From: an uncultured Gemmatimonadaceae bacterium
GTDB lineage: Bacteria; Gemmatimonadota; Gemmatimonadetes; Gemmatimonadales; Gemmatimonadaceae
Assembly (NCBI GenBank): GCA_963740355.1
Contig: CAVUDW010000003.1
Coordinates: 512,001 to 576,000 of the forward strand
DNA length: 64,000 nt
Direction of reading: 5' to 3'
In this document: positions 40,291-50,391 of the stretch, piece by piece
How the letters are laid out: each line of letters begins with the position of its first letter
Numbering within the stretch: the first letter of the stretch is position 1
Translations under genes and position numbers: made by a program
Notes under the pieces: generated by a model
The model's database searches: none
The model's input: only the letters and a program-made list of their open reading frames with translations
Told to the model about the DNA's origin: nothing

Positions 40291-42724
40291 CACGCCGCAC
40301 CGCCTGCTTCGCGATACCGCAGCAGCCGGAGCGCATTGACGATCACGACCAGCGTGCTCCCCTCGTGCACTACCACGGTGGGCCCGATCCGCAGCAATCC
40401 GCTGATCGTCGCGACGACGAGCACCGCGATCACGCCAAGTGACAGCACGAGATTCTGCGTGATCACGCGCTTCGTCTGACGGCTCAACCCGATGGCGAAC
40501 GGCAGTCGTCCGAGGTCGTCGCCCATCAAGGCCACGTCCGCCGTCTCGAGCGCCGCGGCCGTCCCCGCACCGCCCATCGCGATTCCGACACTGGCCCGGG
40601 CCAGAGCCGGCGCGTCATTCACGCCATCGCCCACCATCGCCACGCGCCCGTTCGCGGAGAGCTCGGTGATGGCCGTCACCTTGTCCTCCGGCATCAAGCC
40701 GGCGCGCACGTCGTCGATGCCAACGGCGCGGCCGACCGCCTGGCCGACACCGGCGTTGTCACCGGTGAGCATCACGATCCGCGTGATCCCCACGGCGCGC
40801 AGGCGCGCCAGCGTGTCACGTACATCCGCGCGCGGTTCATCGGCGATGCCGATCACGCCGAGCCACTCCGTTCCGCGACGCACCACCATCGTGGTCTGAC
40901 CACTCAATTCCAGACGCTCCACACCATCACGCACGGACGCCGGCACGGCGGCCGCCGCCGTCGGCTGATCCTCGAACATCAGGAGGCGTCCCACGTCGAC
41001 CTGCAGGCCCTCGACGACGGACCGCAGCCCGCGACCGGTCACGGACGTCACATCCGCAGCCGGCGGCACATCAATGGAACGCGCGCGCACTGCATCCATG
41101 ATCGCCTTCGCCAGCGGATGCTGCGAACGCTGCTCGACGGCGGCCGCCACGCGAAGCAATTCCGTCTCCGCCACACCGTCAGAGGGCAGCAGCGTCGTGA
41201 CTGCGGGCGTCCCACGTGTGATCGTGCCGGTCTTGTCGAGGGCGAGCGTGTCGATGCTGCCCAGCGACTCCAGATGCGCGCCGCCCTTGATCAGCACGCC
41301 GTGGCGCGCCGCCTGCGCGATGCCCGCCAGCACGGCCGCGGGTGTGCCGAGTGCGAGTGCACACGGCGACGCGGCCACCAGCAGCGCCATGCCCCGATAG
41401 AACGACTCGGTCCACGTCCACCATCCCATCAGCGACGGCACGACGATGATCGCGACGTCTGCCACGAGGACGAGCGGGACGAAGACCTGCTCGAAGCGAT
41501 CCGTGAACCGTTGCGTGGGCGCCTTCTGCGTTTCCGCCTCCGCCACCAACTTCACGACGCGATCCAGGGTCCGGTCACCCACGACGGCCGTCACCACGAC
41601 CACCAGCGCACCTTCGCCATTCACCGATCCGGCATACACCGGCGCACCCGCACTTTTCTCGACCGGAACGCTCTCGCCGGTCACGGGCGCCTGGTTGACC
41701 GCTGACGTGCCCGATTCGACGGTGCCATCCACCGGAAAACGCGCGGCAGGCTTGATGACCACACGCTCGCCCAATCGCACCGTTTCGACCGGCACGTCTT
41801 CCTCAGTGCGCCCCGCCGCGCTCTCACGAATCACCGTCGCACGCGTTGGCGTCAACGCGCTCAGCGCCGCAATCGCATTCCGCGCGCGTCCCAGTGCGTA
41901 ATGCTCCAGCGCATGCCCCAGACTGAACAGGAACAGCAGCAGCGCACCGTCCACCCACTCGCCAATGATTGCCGCGCCAAGTGCAGCGACGACCATCAGC
42001 AGGTCGATGTCGAAGTGCACGTGCCCCTTGCGGAGGTCCTTCAGCAAATGCCCGACGTTGTCGAGTGCACCCAACATGTACGCCGCGACGAAACACGCGA
42101 TGACGAGGCCTCGCGGTACGTCACCAACGCGCATGAGGCTCCAGCCGATCAGCAGAAACACGCCGGCGCCAAGACTCCATGCCAGCTCGGTGTTTCGCGC
42201 GTACCAGCTCACCGATGCGTCTGCCGGTTGCGTGGCATCGGGTGCAGCGCCCAGTTCGCGCAGCCGACGCCTCACGTCCTGTTCACTGACGCGCGTACGG
42301 TCGTACTCGACGCGCATCACCTGCGCGGGCACGTTCGCGACCGCCGCCGTGACGCCCTCGACCGCGCGCAGTTCAGCCTCCAGTCGACGCCCGCTGTCCT
42401 CGCTGCCGATGACATCCAGCGGCAGCACCGCGTGCGCGAAGCGCGCCGTCACCTCCGCCCCGGCGGTCCGTGCTATTTGCTGTAATGTCTGCAGCGTGAC
42501 CTGCTCGGGATCGTAGTGCAGGCAGAGCAGCGCCTCCGCGGCGGGCACTCGACCTGGCGGTTCGTTCGTGTCGTGTGTGACCGCGCGATCGCGCGCGTCA
42601 CGTGCACACGCGTCACGCCGGTCCGCACACTCAGCAGCGTGATCAGTCGGTCGATACACGCGTCCTGGGCATCCTCGACATCCGGCAGCAACATCGGCAG
42701 GTCGAGTCGCATGGTCTCAGGCAT
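40290..42724 (-). CDS. cadA: Heavy-metal P1B-4-type ATPase (Zn/Cd/Co); frameshift near 42600 separates the N-terminal ~40 aa
   Basis: TGES, SPC, DKTGT, GDGVND, HEGST; N-terminus MPETMRLDLPMLLPDVEDAQDAC is in another frame. Confidence 0.85.
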
Positions 42725-45700
42725 TCGTCACCTCCAACGGCGCGGCGTTCGCCTTCGCCGTTCGTCGAGCAGTCAGTGCCCGTTCGATCCAGGCGTACAA
42801 CGTGGGCAGGACGAAGAGTGTCAGCAGCGTCGAGGTGAACAGTCCGCCGATCACCACCGTGGCAAGCGGGCGTTGCACTTCTGCGCCGGTGCCGTGCGAG
42901 AGCGCCACTGGAATGAATCCGAGGCTCGCGACCAGCGCCGTCATCAGCACGGGACGCAGGCGACTACGTGCGCCGTTCACGGCGGCGTCAATCGGCGACG
43001 CGCCATGCCGCCGCGCACGCTGCACCGTCGTCAGGAGCACGAGACCATTCAGCACTGCGACACCGAAGAGGGCGATGAAGCCGATGCTCGCCGATACCGA
43101 GAGATGCAGCCCGCGAGCCCACAGTGCGAACACGCCGCCAACCGCCGCGAACGGCAGGTTCACCAACACGAGGCCTGCCAGCCACAGCGACTCCAGCGAC
43201 GTCCAGAGCAATAGCGCGATGAGGACGATGGAGAGTGGAACGACGACCTCGAGACGCGCCATCGCGCGGCGTTGATTCTCGAACGCCCCGCCGTAGGTGA
43301 TGAACACTCCCGGCGGCGGCGTGATGCGGGCACCGACCGCACGTTGCACCTCGGTCGCGAAGCCACCCAGGTCACGCCCGGAGACGTTCGTCTGGACGAG
43401 CGTGTAGCGCTGCGCTCGCTCACGGCTCACCTGCACCGGACCGTTCTCCAACCGGATGTCGGCAATCTGCGCCAACGTGATGCGGGCGCCGTTGGACGAC
43501 GGCAGTGCGATGGACCCGATGGCCTCCGCCGACGTGCGCAGACCCTCCGGGTAGTACACCGCCACGTCGATGGCCCACGCGCCCTCGACGAGCTGGGACA
43601 CCGGCCGTCCTCCGACCGCCGTCTCCAGCGCCTCCTGCACTTCGGTCATCGGTATGCCGAATCGTGCCATGGCGGCGCGGTTCATTCGCACGTTCAGATA
43701 GCCCTGCCCTGCAGTCTGCTCGACCCGGGTCTCCTCGGCGCCTTGCACGCCGTTGACCACGCGGGCCACCTGATCCGCAATGGATCGCGTGAGCTCGGGA
43801 TCGTCGCCGAAGATCTTGATCGCGAGGTCGGCGCGGACGCCGGAGATCAGCTCATCGAGCCGCATCTGCATCGGTTGCGTCATGCCTATCGCCACGCCCG
43901 GCACGCGCGCCGCGAGACGCGCGCTGATTTCACGCTCGAGCGAATCCTTGTCCACCAGTGGCCGCCACGCGTCGCGTGGCTTCAGCATCACGAACACGTC
44001 GGCCTGGTTCACGCCCATCGGGTCACTGCCGATTTCGGCGCGACCGACGCGGCTCACCACGGTCGTCACTTCCGGTGACATCCGCACCGTGCGCTCGAGT
44101 TCTGATTGCATCTGCACCGACCGGGTCAGTGAGATCGTGGGATCCTTCGTGGCGGAGATGAGGATCGCCCCCTCGTCGAGCTGTGGCAGGAACTCCGTGC
44201 CAAGGCGCGGTACCACCACGAGCGTTGCGGCGAGCAGCATGGCCGACACGGCAACGGTGACTTTCGGGTGCGCACTCACCGTGCCGAGGACGCGCGCGTA
44301 CCGCTGTTCCAGCCACAGCGTGACGCGTTGCGCGAGCTGCGACTCCGTCGCGCCACGCTGGAAGAGCCACGAACTCATCGCCGGCACGAAGCACAGTGCC
44401 AGGAACAGGCTGCCGAGCAGTGCACAGGCGACGGTGATCGCCATCGGCCGGAACAGGCGGGCCTCGAGGCCAGTCAGTGCCATGATCGGCACGTAGACGA
44501 GCATGATGATCAGCACACCGAAGGCCACGGGTCGCGCGACCTCGCGGCCTGCGGCAACCAGGCGCGCCTTCTGTTCCTCGCGCGTTGGCGCCGGTGCACC
44601 GCGCTCACCCACAGGATGCAGTGAGCGAACGAAGTGTTCAGCCATCACGACGCCGCCATCGACGATCATCCCGAAGTCGATGGCGCCCAGGCTCATGAGG
44701 TTGGCCGACAGTCCCAGCCACCGCATGCCGAGGAATGCGCACAGCAGGGCCAGCGGGATCGTGGCGGCGACGAGCAGCGCGGCGCGCACGTTGCCAAGGA
44801 AGAACAGCAGGATCACGATGACGAGCACGCCGCCTTCGACGAGGTTGGTCCGCACCGTCCGGATCGTGCCGGCGACGAGGTCCGTCTGATCGTAGTACGG
44901 CGTCACACGGACACCCTTCGGCAACGCGGCATTGATCTCGTCGACTTTGGCCTTCACGCGCGTCACCACGTCGCGGCTGTTCTCGCCGCGCAGCATCAGG
45001 ACGATGCCGCTGACCACTTCGCCGGTCGCGTCACGGGAGACGGCGCCCTGTCGGAGCTCGGCCCCGTATCGGACATCGGCCACGTCGCCGACGAGCACCG
45101 GGACGCCGGAGGCGCTGGCGCGAATCACCGTGGTGCGCAGATCCTCGAGCGTCGCCGCTGTGCCGAGCCCGCGCAGGATGTATTGCTCGTCGCCGTGCTC
45201 GAGGTACCCACCGGCGGCCACCGCGTTGTTCGATTTCACGGCCTCGACCACGTCGTGCAGCGTCAGCCCGAAACTGGTGAGTCGGTCTGGACGCACCACG
45301 ACTTGCGCCTGGCGCACGTAGCCACCGAAGCTGTTCACCTCCGTCACGCCGGCCACGGTGCGCAGCTGTGGACGCACGACGCGGTCATGGATGGTGCGCA
45401 ATGCCGCCAGATCCTGTCCACCGCCTTCCACGGTGTACATGTAGATCTCGCTGTTCGCGGCCGACAGCGGACCCAGTGTGGCTTCGGCCGTCGCGGGCAG
45501 CTGCGCACGCACGCCCTGCAGCCGTTCGCTGATCAGGGTGCGCGCGCGCTGGATGTCCATGCCGTCACTGAAGACGACGGTGACGGCGGCGAAACCGTAC
45601 TTGCTGACGGAGCGCACCTGGGTCACATCGGGCAGGCCGTTCATCGCCACTTCGGTCGGGAACGTCGCGAGGCGCTCCACCTCGACCGGTGACAAGCCCG

Positions 45701-45917
45701 GGGCTTCGATCAGGACCTGCACCTGCGCATCGGTGAGGTCGGGAAAGGCGTCCACGCGCAGTGTGCTCATGGCCCAGAGCCCAGCGACGACCAGCGCGAC
45801 ACTGAGGACCGCCACCACGCCGCGTCTTGCGACGGACCATGCGACCAGGCGCTCTACGACACCATCGGGCGCATCGCCCGGCACCTCGGGATGTGTCATC
45901 GGCGGCTCACTTGTCAT
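42717..45917 (-). CDS. czcA: CzcA-type heavy-metal RND transporter (second)
   Basis: DAFPDLTDAQVQV, SLGAIDFGMIVDG, GAEVQRPLATVVIGG. Confidence 0.92.
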   Translation of the reverse strand: MTSEPPMTHPEVPGDAPDGVVERLVAWSVARRGVVAVLSVALVVAGLWAMSTLRVDAFPDLTDAQVQVLIEAPGLSPVEVERLATFPTEVAMNGLPDVTQVRSVSKYGFAAVTVVFSDGMDIQRARTLISERLQGVRAQLPATAEATLGPLSAANSEIYMYTVEGGGQDLAALRTIHDRVVRPQLRTVAGVTEVNSFGGYVRQAQVVVRPDRLTSFGLTLHDVVEAVKSNNAVAAGGYLEHGDEQYILRGLGTAATLEDLRTTVIRASASGVPVLVGDVADVRYGAELRQGAVSRDATGEVVSGIVLMLRGENSRDVVTRVKAKVDEINAALPKGVRVTPYYDQTDLVAGTIRTVRTNLVEGGVLVIVILLFFLGNVRAALLVAATIPLALLCAFLGMRWLGLSANLMSLGAIDFGMIVDGGVVMAEHFVRSLHPVGERGAPAPTREEQKARLVAAGREVARPVAFGVLIIMLVYVPIMALTGLEARLFRPMAITVACALLGSLFLALCFVPAMSSWLFQRGATESQLAQRVTLWLEQRYARVLGTVSAHPKVTVAVSAMLLAATLVVVPRLGTEFLPQLDEGAILISATKDPTISLTRSVQMQSELERTVRMSPEVTTVVSRVGRAEIGSDPMGVNQADVFVMLKPRDAWRPLVDKDSLEREISARLAARVPGVAIGMTQPMQMRLDELISGVRADLAIKIFGDDPELTRSIADQVARVVNGVQGAEETRVEQTAGQGYLNVRMNRAAMARFGIPMTEVQEALETAVGGRPVSQLVEGAWAIDVAVYYPEGLRTSAEAIGSIALPSSNGARITLAQIADIRLENGPVQVSRERAQRYTLVQTNVSGRDLGGFATEVQRAVGARITPPPGVFITYGGAFENQRRAMARLEVVVPLSIVLIALLLWTSLESLWLAGLVLVNLPFAAVGGVFALWARGLHLSVSASIGFIALFGVAVLNGLVLLTTVQRARRHGASPIDAAVNGARSRLRPVLMTALVASLGFIPVALSHGTGAEVQRPLATVVIGGLFTSTLLTLFVLPTLYAWIERALTARRTAKANAAPLEVTNA

Positions 45918-47160
45918 CGTCAGCCAGCGACGCCTTCGCGAGCTCGCTCTTGAGCGTGAAGGCCCCGCGCACGACGACTCGCTCTCCGGCACGAAGTCCA
46001 TCCGTCACCACGACGGACGACGCGCGCTGGGTCGACGACCCTGGTGGCGCGAGCGGCATCGTGCGGACTTCACGACGGACGTAGCTCCGCTCACCCGTTT
46101 CCACGAAGACGAAGCGACGCTCCCCATCTGTGACGATGGCCACTTCCGGCACCGTCAGCACGGTCGCCAATGCGTCCGTCGCCGCACCCGCGGCGAGTGC
46201 CGTGCGTGTGCTGACCGACAGGCGCACGCTGGCGAACATCCCCGGCCGGAGACGCCGGCTGGCGTTCGCCACGTGGATCACGGCCTGCACCGTGCGCGTC
46301 TCGGGGTTGAGCGCGTCCTTCAGTCGCTCCACTTCACCGGTCGCGCGCATCTCGGGGAACGCGGCAATGCCCACCGTCGCTCGCTGTCCCACCTGCACCA
46401 GCGGGAGCGCGCGCTCCGGCACCTCGGCCACCACGTCGATCACGCTCAGGTCGGCGATGGTGAAGATCGGCGCACCCGGCTCCACCGCGGCGCCGGGGAG
46501 CAGATGGCGGGTCATCACGCTGCCGGCGAGTGGTGCGCGCAGCGCCAGCGTCGCGGCGGGTTCGCCGCCGCCCACGAGCCGCGCAATGTCGCCGTCGCTG
46601 ACACCAATGAGGCGCAGGCGACGCCGCGCGGCTTCGACCAGCGCCTGCGCACCCAACGAGTCGGACGTGACCGCGAGCACCTTCGCGCGCTGCACCGCCT
46701 GCTGCAGGTCGGACTGCGCCAGCAGGAATTCCTGACTGTACACGTACGCCACGATGGCACCGGCGGCCACATGGTCACCCTCGACCGCCGCCATCCGCTC
46801 GATGCGGCCGGCGAGGCGCGAGGACACGAGCGCGATGCGTCGAGGGTCCGCCTCGACCTGACCGGGCACCTCGAGTGCCTCACCTTCTGACGCGCTTGCT
46901 TGCGGCGCAACCGTCTGCACTGCAATCTGCGCCGTGCGTGCTGCGTCGGCGGAAAGGTTGACGTGGTCCGCGTTGGTGCTCTGCTCTGCGTCACTCGTGG
47001 TCGCCGAAACCTTCGTTGTGTCGAGTCGTGCACGAGTCGCCAGCGCGACGCTGTCGCCGCCGACTGGCTGTGCGTTCGGGCCGCAGGCGGAGAGCAGCGC
47101 GAGCAGCATCATGAGGGCCAGCATGACGCGCATGGACCGCGTCGAGAGTTGGAGAGTCAT
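45907..47160 (-). CDS. czcB: CzcB-like membrane fusion protein (second)
   Basis: Lipobox LSAC, LRPGMF, GAFTLKSEL. Confidence 0.85.
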   Translation of the reverse strand: MTLQLSTRSMRVMLALMMLLALLSACGPNAQPVGGDSVALATRARLDTTKVSATTSDAEQSTNADHVNLSADAARTAQIAVQTVAPQASASEGEALEVPGQVEADPRRIALVSSRLAGRIERMAAVEGDHVAAGAIVAYVYSQEFLLAQSDLQQAVQRAKVLAVTSDSLGAQALVEAARRRLRLIGVSDGDIARLVGGGEPAATLALRAPLAGSVMTRHLLPGAAVEPGAPIFTIADLSVIDVVAEVPERALPLVQVGQRATVGIAAFPEMRATGEVERLKDALNPETRTVQAVIHVANASRRLRPGMFASVRLSVSTRTALAAGAATDALATVLTVPEVAIVTDGERRFVFVETGERSYVRREVRTMPLAPPGSSTQRASSVVVTDGLRAGERVVVRGAFTLKSELAKASLADDDK

Positions 47161-47173
47161 TGGTCGGAGTCGG

Positions 47174-48568
47174 TTAGGGCTGGCTCGGCACCATCGGTGC
47201 CTGCGCTGGGCTCGACGGTCCACTGCCGTTGCCGGATAGGAGGTCCGCCAGTGCATCGGCGGCGTCGAGCAGCGCGTGCACGCGGTCGATCTCCGCGCGG
47301 GCGAGCGTGCGCTCGAAATCGATGAAGTCCAGCAGCGTGATGCCGCCGCTGCGGAACGAGGCGAGTGCGCTCTCGCGCTCCTCGCGTGCGCCCTGCAGCA
47401 GTGCGGCGTCGAACACTGAGAGGCGTTCGCGCGCCGCGTCGAGACGCTCGCGCGCCACCAGCAGTCGCGTGCGTGCGGCGCTGGTGACGGCCCGTCGGGA
47501 CTCTTCCGCGGACGCCACACTTTGCGCGTCAGCCTGCGCGACGAGGGCGTTCGGCCGGGACGACGTGAACGGCAGCGTCGTCGTGAATCCGAGGCTGGGT
47601 CCGAACGCCGGCCCGTTGTTCGCCTGACCGATGCGTTGCACGCCGGCGTAGGCGGTGACTTGGGCCCGGCGCTGTGCGATGCCGAGCGCCTGCTCGGCGC
47701 GTGCCTGCCGGACCGCAGCATCCGCCGCTTCGACGTCCCGCGACGCCACGAGGATCGAATCGAGACTCACGCGCATCATGATCAGGTCGTGCCACATGGC
47801 AATCGGCCCGCCTGCACCTGCGGTGGTAGACGGCTGCGCGAGCGAATCGAGCAGCGCACCGGCCTGCACGCCAGCGGCCCCCAGCAGCCCCACGAGTGCG
47901 GCGCGTCCGGCCCGAATTTCCGATAGCGCGGCGGCACGCTCCGTCTGCACGCGGAGCCGCTCCGTGCGCACGCGGAGCACGTCCACGTAGCGCGCGGCGC
48001 CGACGGCAAAGCGACTGCGGACATTCTCGTCCGCACCACTCAACAGCTGCTCTTCTGCCGCCAACCGGTCTGCGATGGCGCGCCACGCACCCGCGCGGAC
48101 CGTTTCGCGCAGCACGAGGGCATCCACTTCGCGCTCAGCCGCGCGCACCTCCGTCTCGGCCATCGCGACGCTCGCCGCGGCGACGTCGCGTGTCGCACCG
48201 TTGCGCCGTGCCGCGAAGAGTTCGCGACCGAATTCGAGGCGCAAGTTGCCCTGGGTCGGGTCGCCGTTCGGGGCTTCCGATAGGCCGGCGGTGAGCGTGA
48301 CAGGGCCCACGAACCCCGCGGCGGCGGCGCGCGACCGCGCGGCATCGCGTCGCGCACGCGCGGCGAGCACCGCCGGGCTGTTGGCCCGCGCGAGACGTTG
48401 CACGGCGGCAAGCTGCCGAATCGCATTCGTACTGTCGCCCATCGCCGCTGCGGAGACAGAACGGTCGACGGCGATGGCGCCGGTCAGGGTGGCCGCAACG
48501 AATCGCTGCCCTATGGCAAGGCGAGGCGCGCTACACAACAACAGCAGGAATAGGGACGCGTGCCGCAC
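47174..48568 (-). CDS. czcC: CzcC-like outer membrane factor (second)
   Basis: Signal peptide, OEP-like repeats, first structural gene of the operon. Confidence 0.78.
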   Translation of the reverse strand: MRHASLFLLLLCSAPRLAIGQRFVAATLTGAIAVDRSVSAAAMGDSTNAIRQLAAVQRLARANSPAVLAARARRDAARSRAAAAGFVGPVTLTAGLSEAPNGDPTQGNLRLEFGRELFAARRNGATRDVAAASVAMAETEVRAAEREVDALVLRETVRAGAWRAIADRLAAEEQLLSGADENVRSRFAVGAARYVDVLRVRTERLRVQTERAAALSEIRAGRAALVGLLGAAGVQAGALLDSLAQPSTTAGAGGPIAMWHDLIMMRVSLDSILVASRDVEAADAAVRQARAEQALGIAQRRAQVTAYAGVQRIGQANNGPAFGPSLGFTTTLPFTSSRPNALVAQADAQSVASAEESRRAVTSAARTRLLVARERLDAARERLSVFDAALLQGAREERESALASFRSGGITLLDFIDFERTLARAEIDRVHALLDAADALADLLSGNGSGPSSPAQAPMVPSQP

Positions 48569-48802
48569 ATAGATGGCGGCCGCCCCGAGACGCGCTCTGG
48601 CGCGCGGCGTGACAGTCTGGCACGGAGTATCTCAGCGGCGCGCAGCGCCGGCCGACGGTGTGTCAGCGGAAGCGCGTGCGCGGGATTGTCTGGTGGACCA
48701 TCCCGCGGTCGTGATCGACGAGCGGGTGGCCGTGGGTGCCTGCGATCAGCGCGAGACGTCAGCGCGTGCGCGCCGCGGGCGTGGCCGCGGTGGCGCTGCG
48801 CG

Positions 48803-49241
48803 TCAGGCGCTGCGCGAGAAGACTGGCGGCCGCAATGGCAACGCGCGATCCGCGCTGGCGGGGGCCTGCACATCCGACCACGACAGTCCGCGCGGTGCGC
48901 TGACGAGTGCCACCGTCAGCGTCGGCACCGTACTGAGCGTCACCACGTGCGCGTGCGTGCAATGGCACACGTGGAGGTCGTGCGACGACGTCGGGTGCGT
49001 ACCGCAATCGACGATGGGGCGTGCTGCGACGGCTGATGGCGCGTCGACGGCCAAGGGGCGCGACACACTGCGCGATCTCCGACGACGTGGCGACCACCCC
49101 ACCCGGCGCCGGCGCATCGCCGTCGTGTGTGTCAGCGATCAGCGACTCGAACGACGAGATGCTGAAGACCACCATCAGCATGGCGGCGAGGCACCGCTGC
49201 AGGAGGATCCGCGACGCGCGAGGCCTGCGACGCAGCGCCAT
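48803..49241 (-). CDS. Secreted His/Cys leader protein ending LPLRPPVFSRSA; apparent frameshift near 49070
   Basis: Signal plus ADTHDGD in one frame, HDLHVCHCTHAH and RPP tail in another; lies between the MerR promoter and czcC. Confidence 0.6.
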
Positions 49242-49318
49242 GGCCCGTGCGCACGCCGCTTGGCGTGACGGGGCGACAGGCTGGCGGGGTGATCGCGTGG
49301 GCGGCGGGCATGGTAACC

Positions 49319-49349
49319 AGTATAAACCCTGAAGTGACTGCAAGGTCAA
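49319..49349 (-). promoter_or_regulatory. CadR/PbrR-type MerR promoter TTGACC-N19-TATACT
   Basis: 19-bp spacer with imperfect dyad ACCTTGCAGTCACTTCAGGGT, similar to 39034-39054. Confidence 0.88.
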
Positions 49350-49351
49350 CG

Positions 49352-49585
49352 GCTCGTATGTGGCGCACTCGTCGGCATCGACGCATTTGCCACGCGCTCG
49401 GCCTGCATTTGACCGGCGTCGACGCGTTCGCGCGAAGGCTGCCCCCGCCTGACAACGCCGCGCCGTACGTCGGGACACGCGGGCTGGTGCACTACGTGAC
49501 GCAGCGGATGACCGCAGCCGTTGCCGTGGCGATGGTCGAGCACCGCGCCACGAATGATCTCGCGGAACTGTCGGAGCACGCGTGA
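49352..49585 (+). pseudogene. C-terminal remnant of a ClpX-like ATPase (paralog of 9267-10310)
   Basis: LGLHLTGVDAF...PPPDNAAPYVGTRGLVHYVTQR versus LGVTVTGIETF...PAPDNSRDYIGLRGLLHFVTQR. Confidence 0.8.
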
Positions 49586-49740
49586 CCGCGCGCGCCGGGT
49601 GGCTTCACCGCGCACCGTGGCTGCTCACCGTGGTCGATGACTCGCCGGCCCCCGCACCGTGCCTCGCAGCCTCCGTCACGCCGTCGAATGACGGCACTGC
49701 TGCACTCTCGCACACCCGGCACTGGCCGGAGGAGCTACAG

Positions 49741-50127
49741 ATGGCTTTCACGCGCTGTTACCCCATGACGACCGACGAGCGGTATGTCAGGCTCGCCAAG
49801 AACGCGCTGTCGAACGAACCGGAACTGGGGCTGCCGTCGATGACGCGCTTCATGGAGTCGTTCCGACCGCGCGTCGCGCGCGTCGTTGCACCGCTGCACG
49901 CTGGCATGCGCCGGCCGATCCTCACGCAGGAGGCGTATGCCGAGCACGCCCTCGCATCTCTGGCGTCGCAGCTCGACGCCTGTCCGGCGTGCACGGACGA
50001 TGCCCTGCACGTGTGGGTGTCGTCGGAGACCACGCGCGCGGTGCTCGACCTGCATCACGCGCTGCGCCGTGCGCTGCGTACGCGTCGGCGTCAGCGCATC
50101 ACCGCGCCGTCTGCGCGAGCGGCATAG
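49741..50127 (+). CDS. Sigma-70 region-2-like stand-alone protein (paralog of 10511-10897); an in-frame upstream start at 49582 is possible
   Basis: GGAGGAG RBS; GLPSMTRF...DDALHVWVSSETTRAVLDL; same length as its paralog (128 aa). Confidence 0.65.
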   Translation: MAFTRCYPMTTDERYVRLAKNALSNEPELGLPSMTRFMESFRPRVARVVAPLHAGMRRPILTQEAYAEHALASLASQLDACPACTDDALHVWVSSETTRAVLDLHHALRRALRTRRRQRITAPSARAA

Positions 50128-50391
50128 CCTCGCACCTGCGCGGCAATGCTGCACACGATGCGGCACGCCACGCATAGCAAGGAGAAGGCTCGCAGGGACC
50201 GCCAGCCGGTGCCTGCGCAGCCGATCCGATTTGTGCGCCGGGATGGTCGCGGTCACCATCTGCGCCGAGCCCGCGTGAATCGACGTGCCGCGCGCGGCGC
50301 GCGTCAGCTGCCCCCGCAGTGAAGTCCTCACCCTCAGTCGTCGGGCATCACGCCGATGTCATGACGCTCCACATCACATTCGAGGTTCTCC

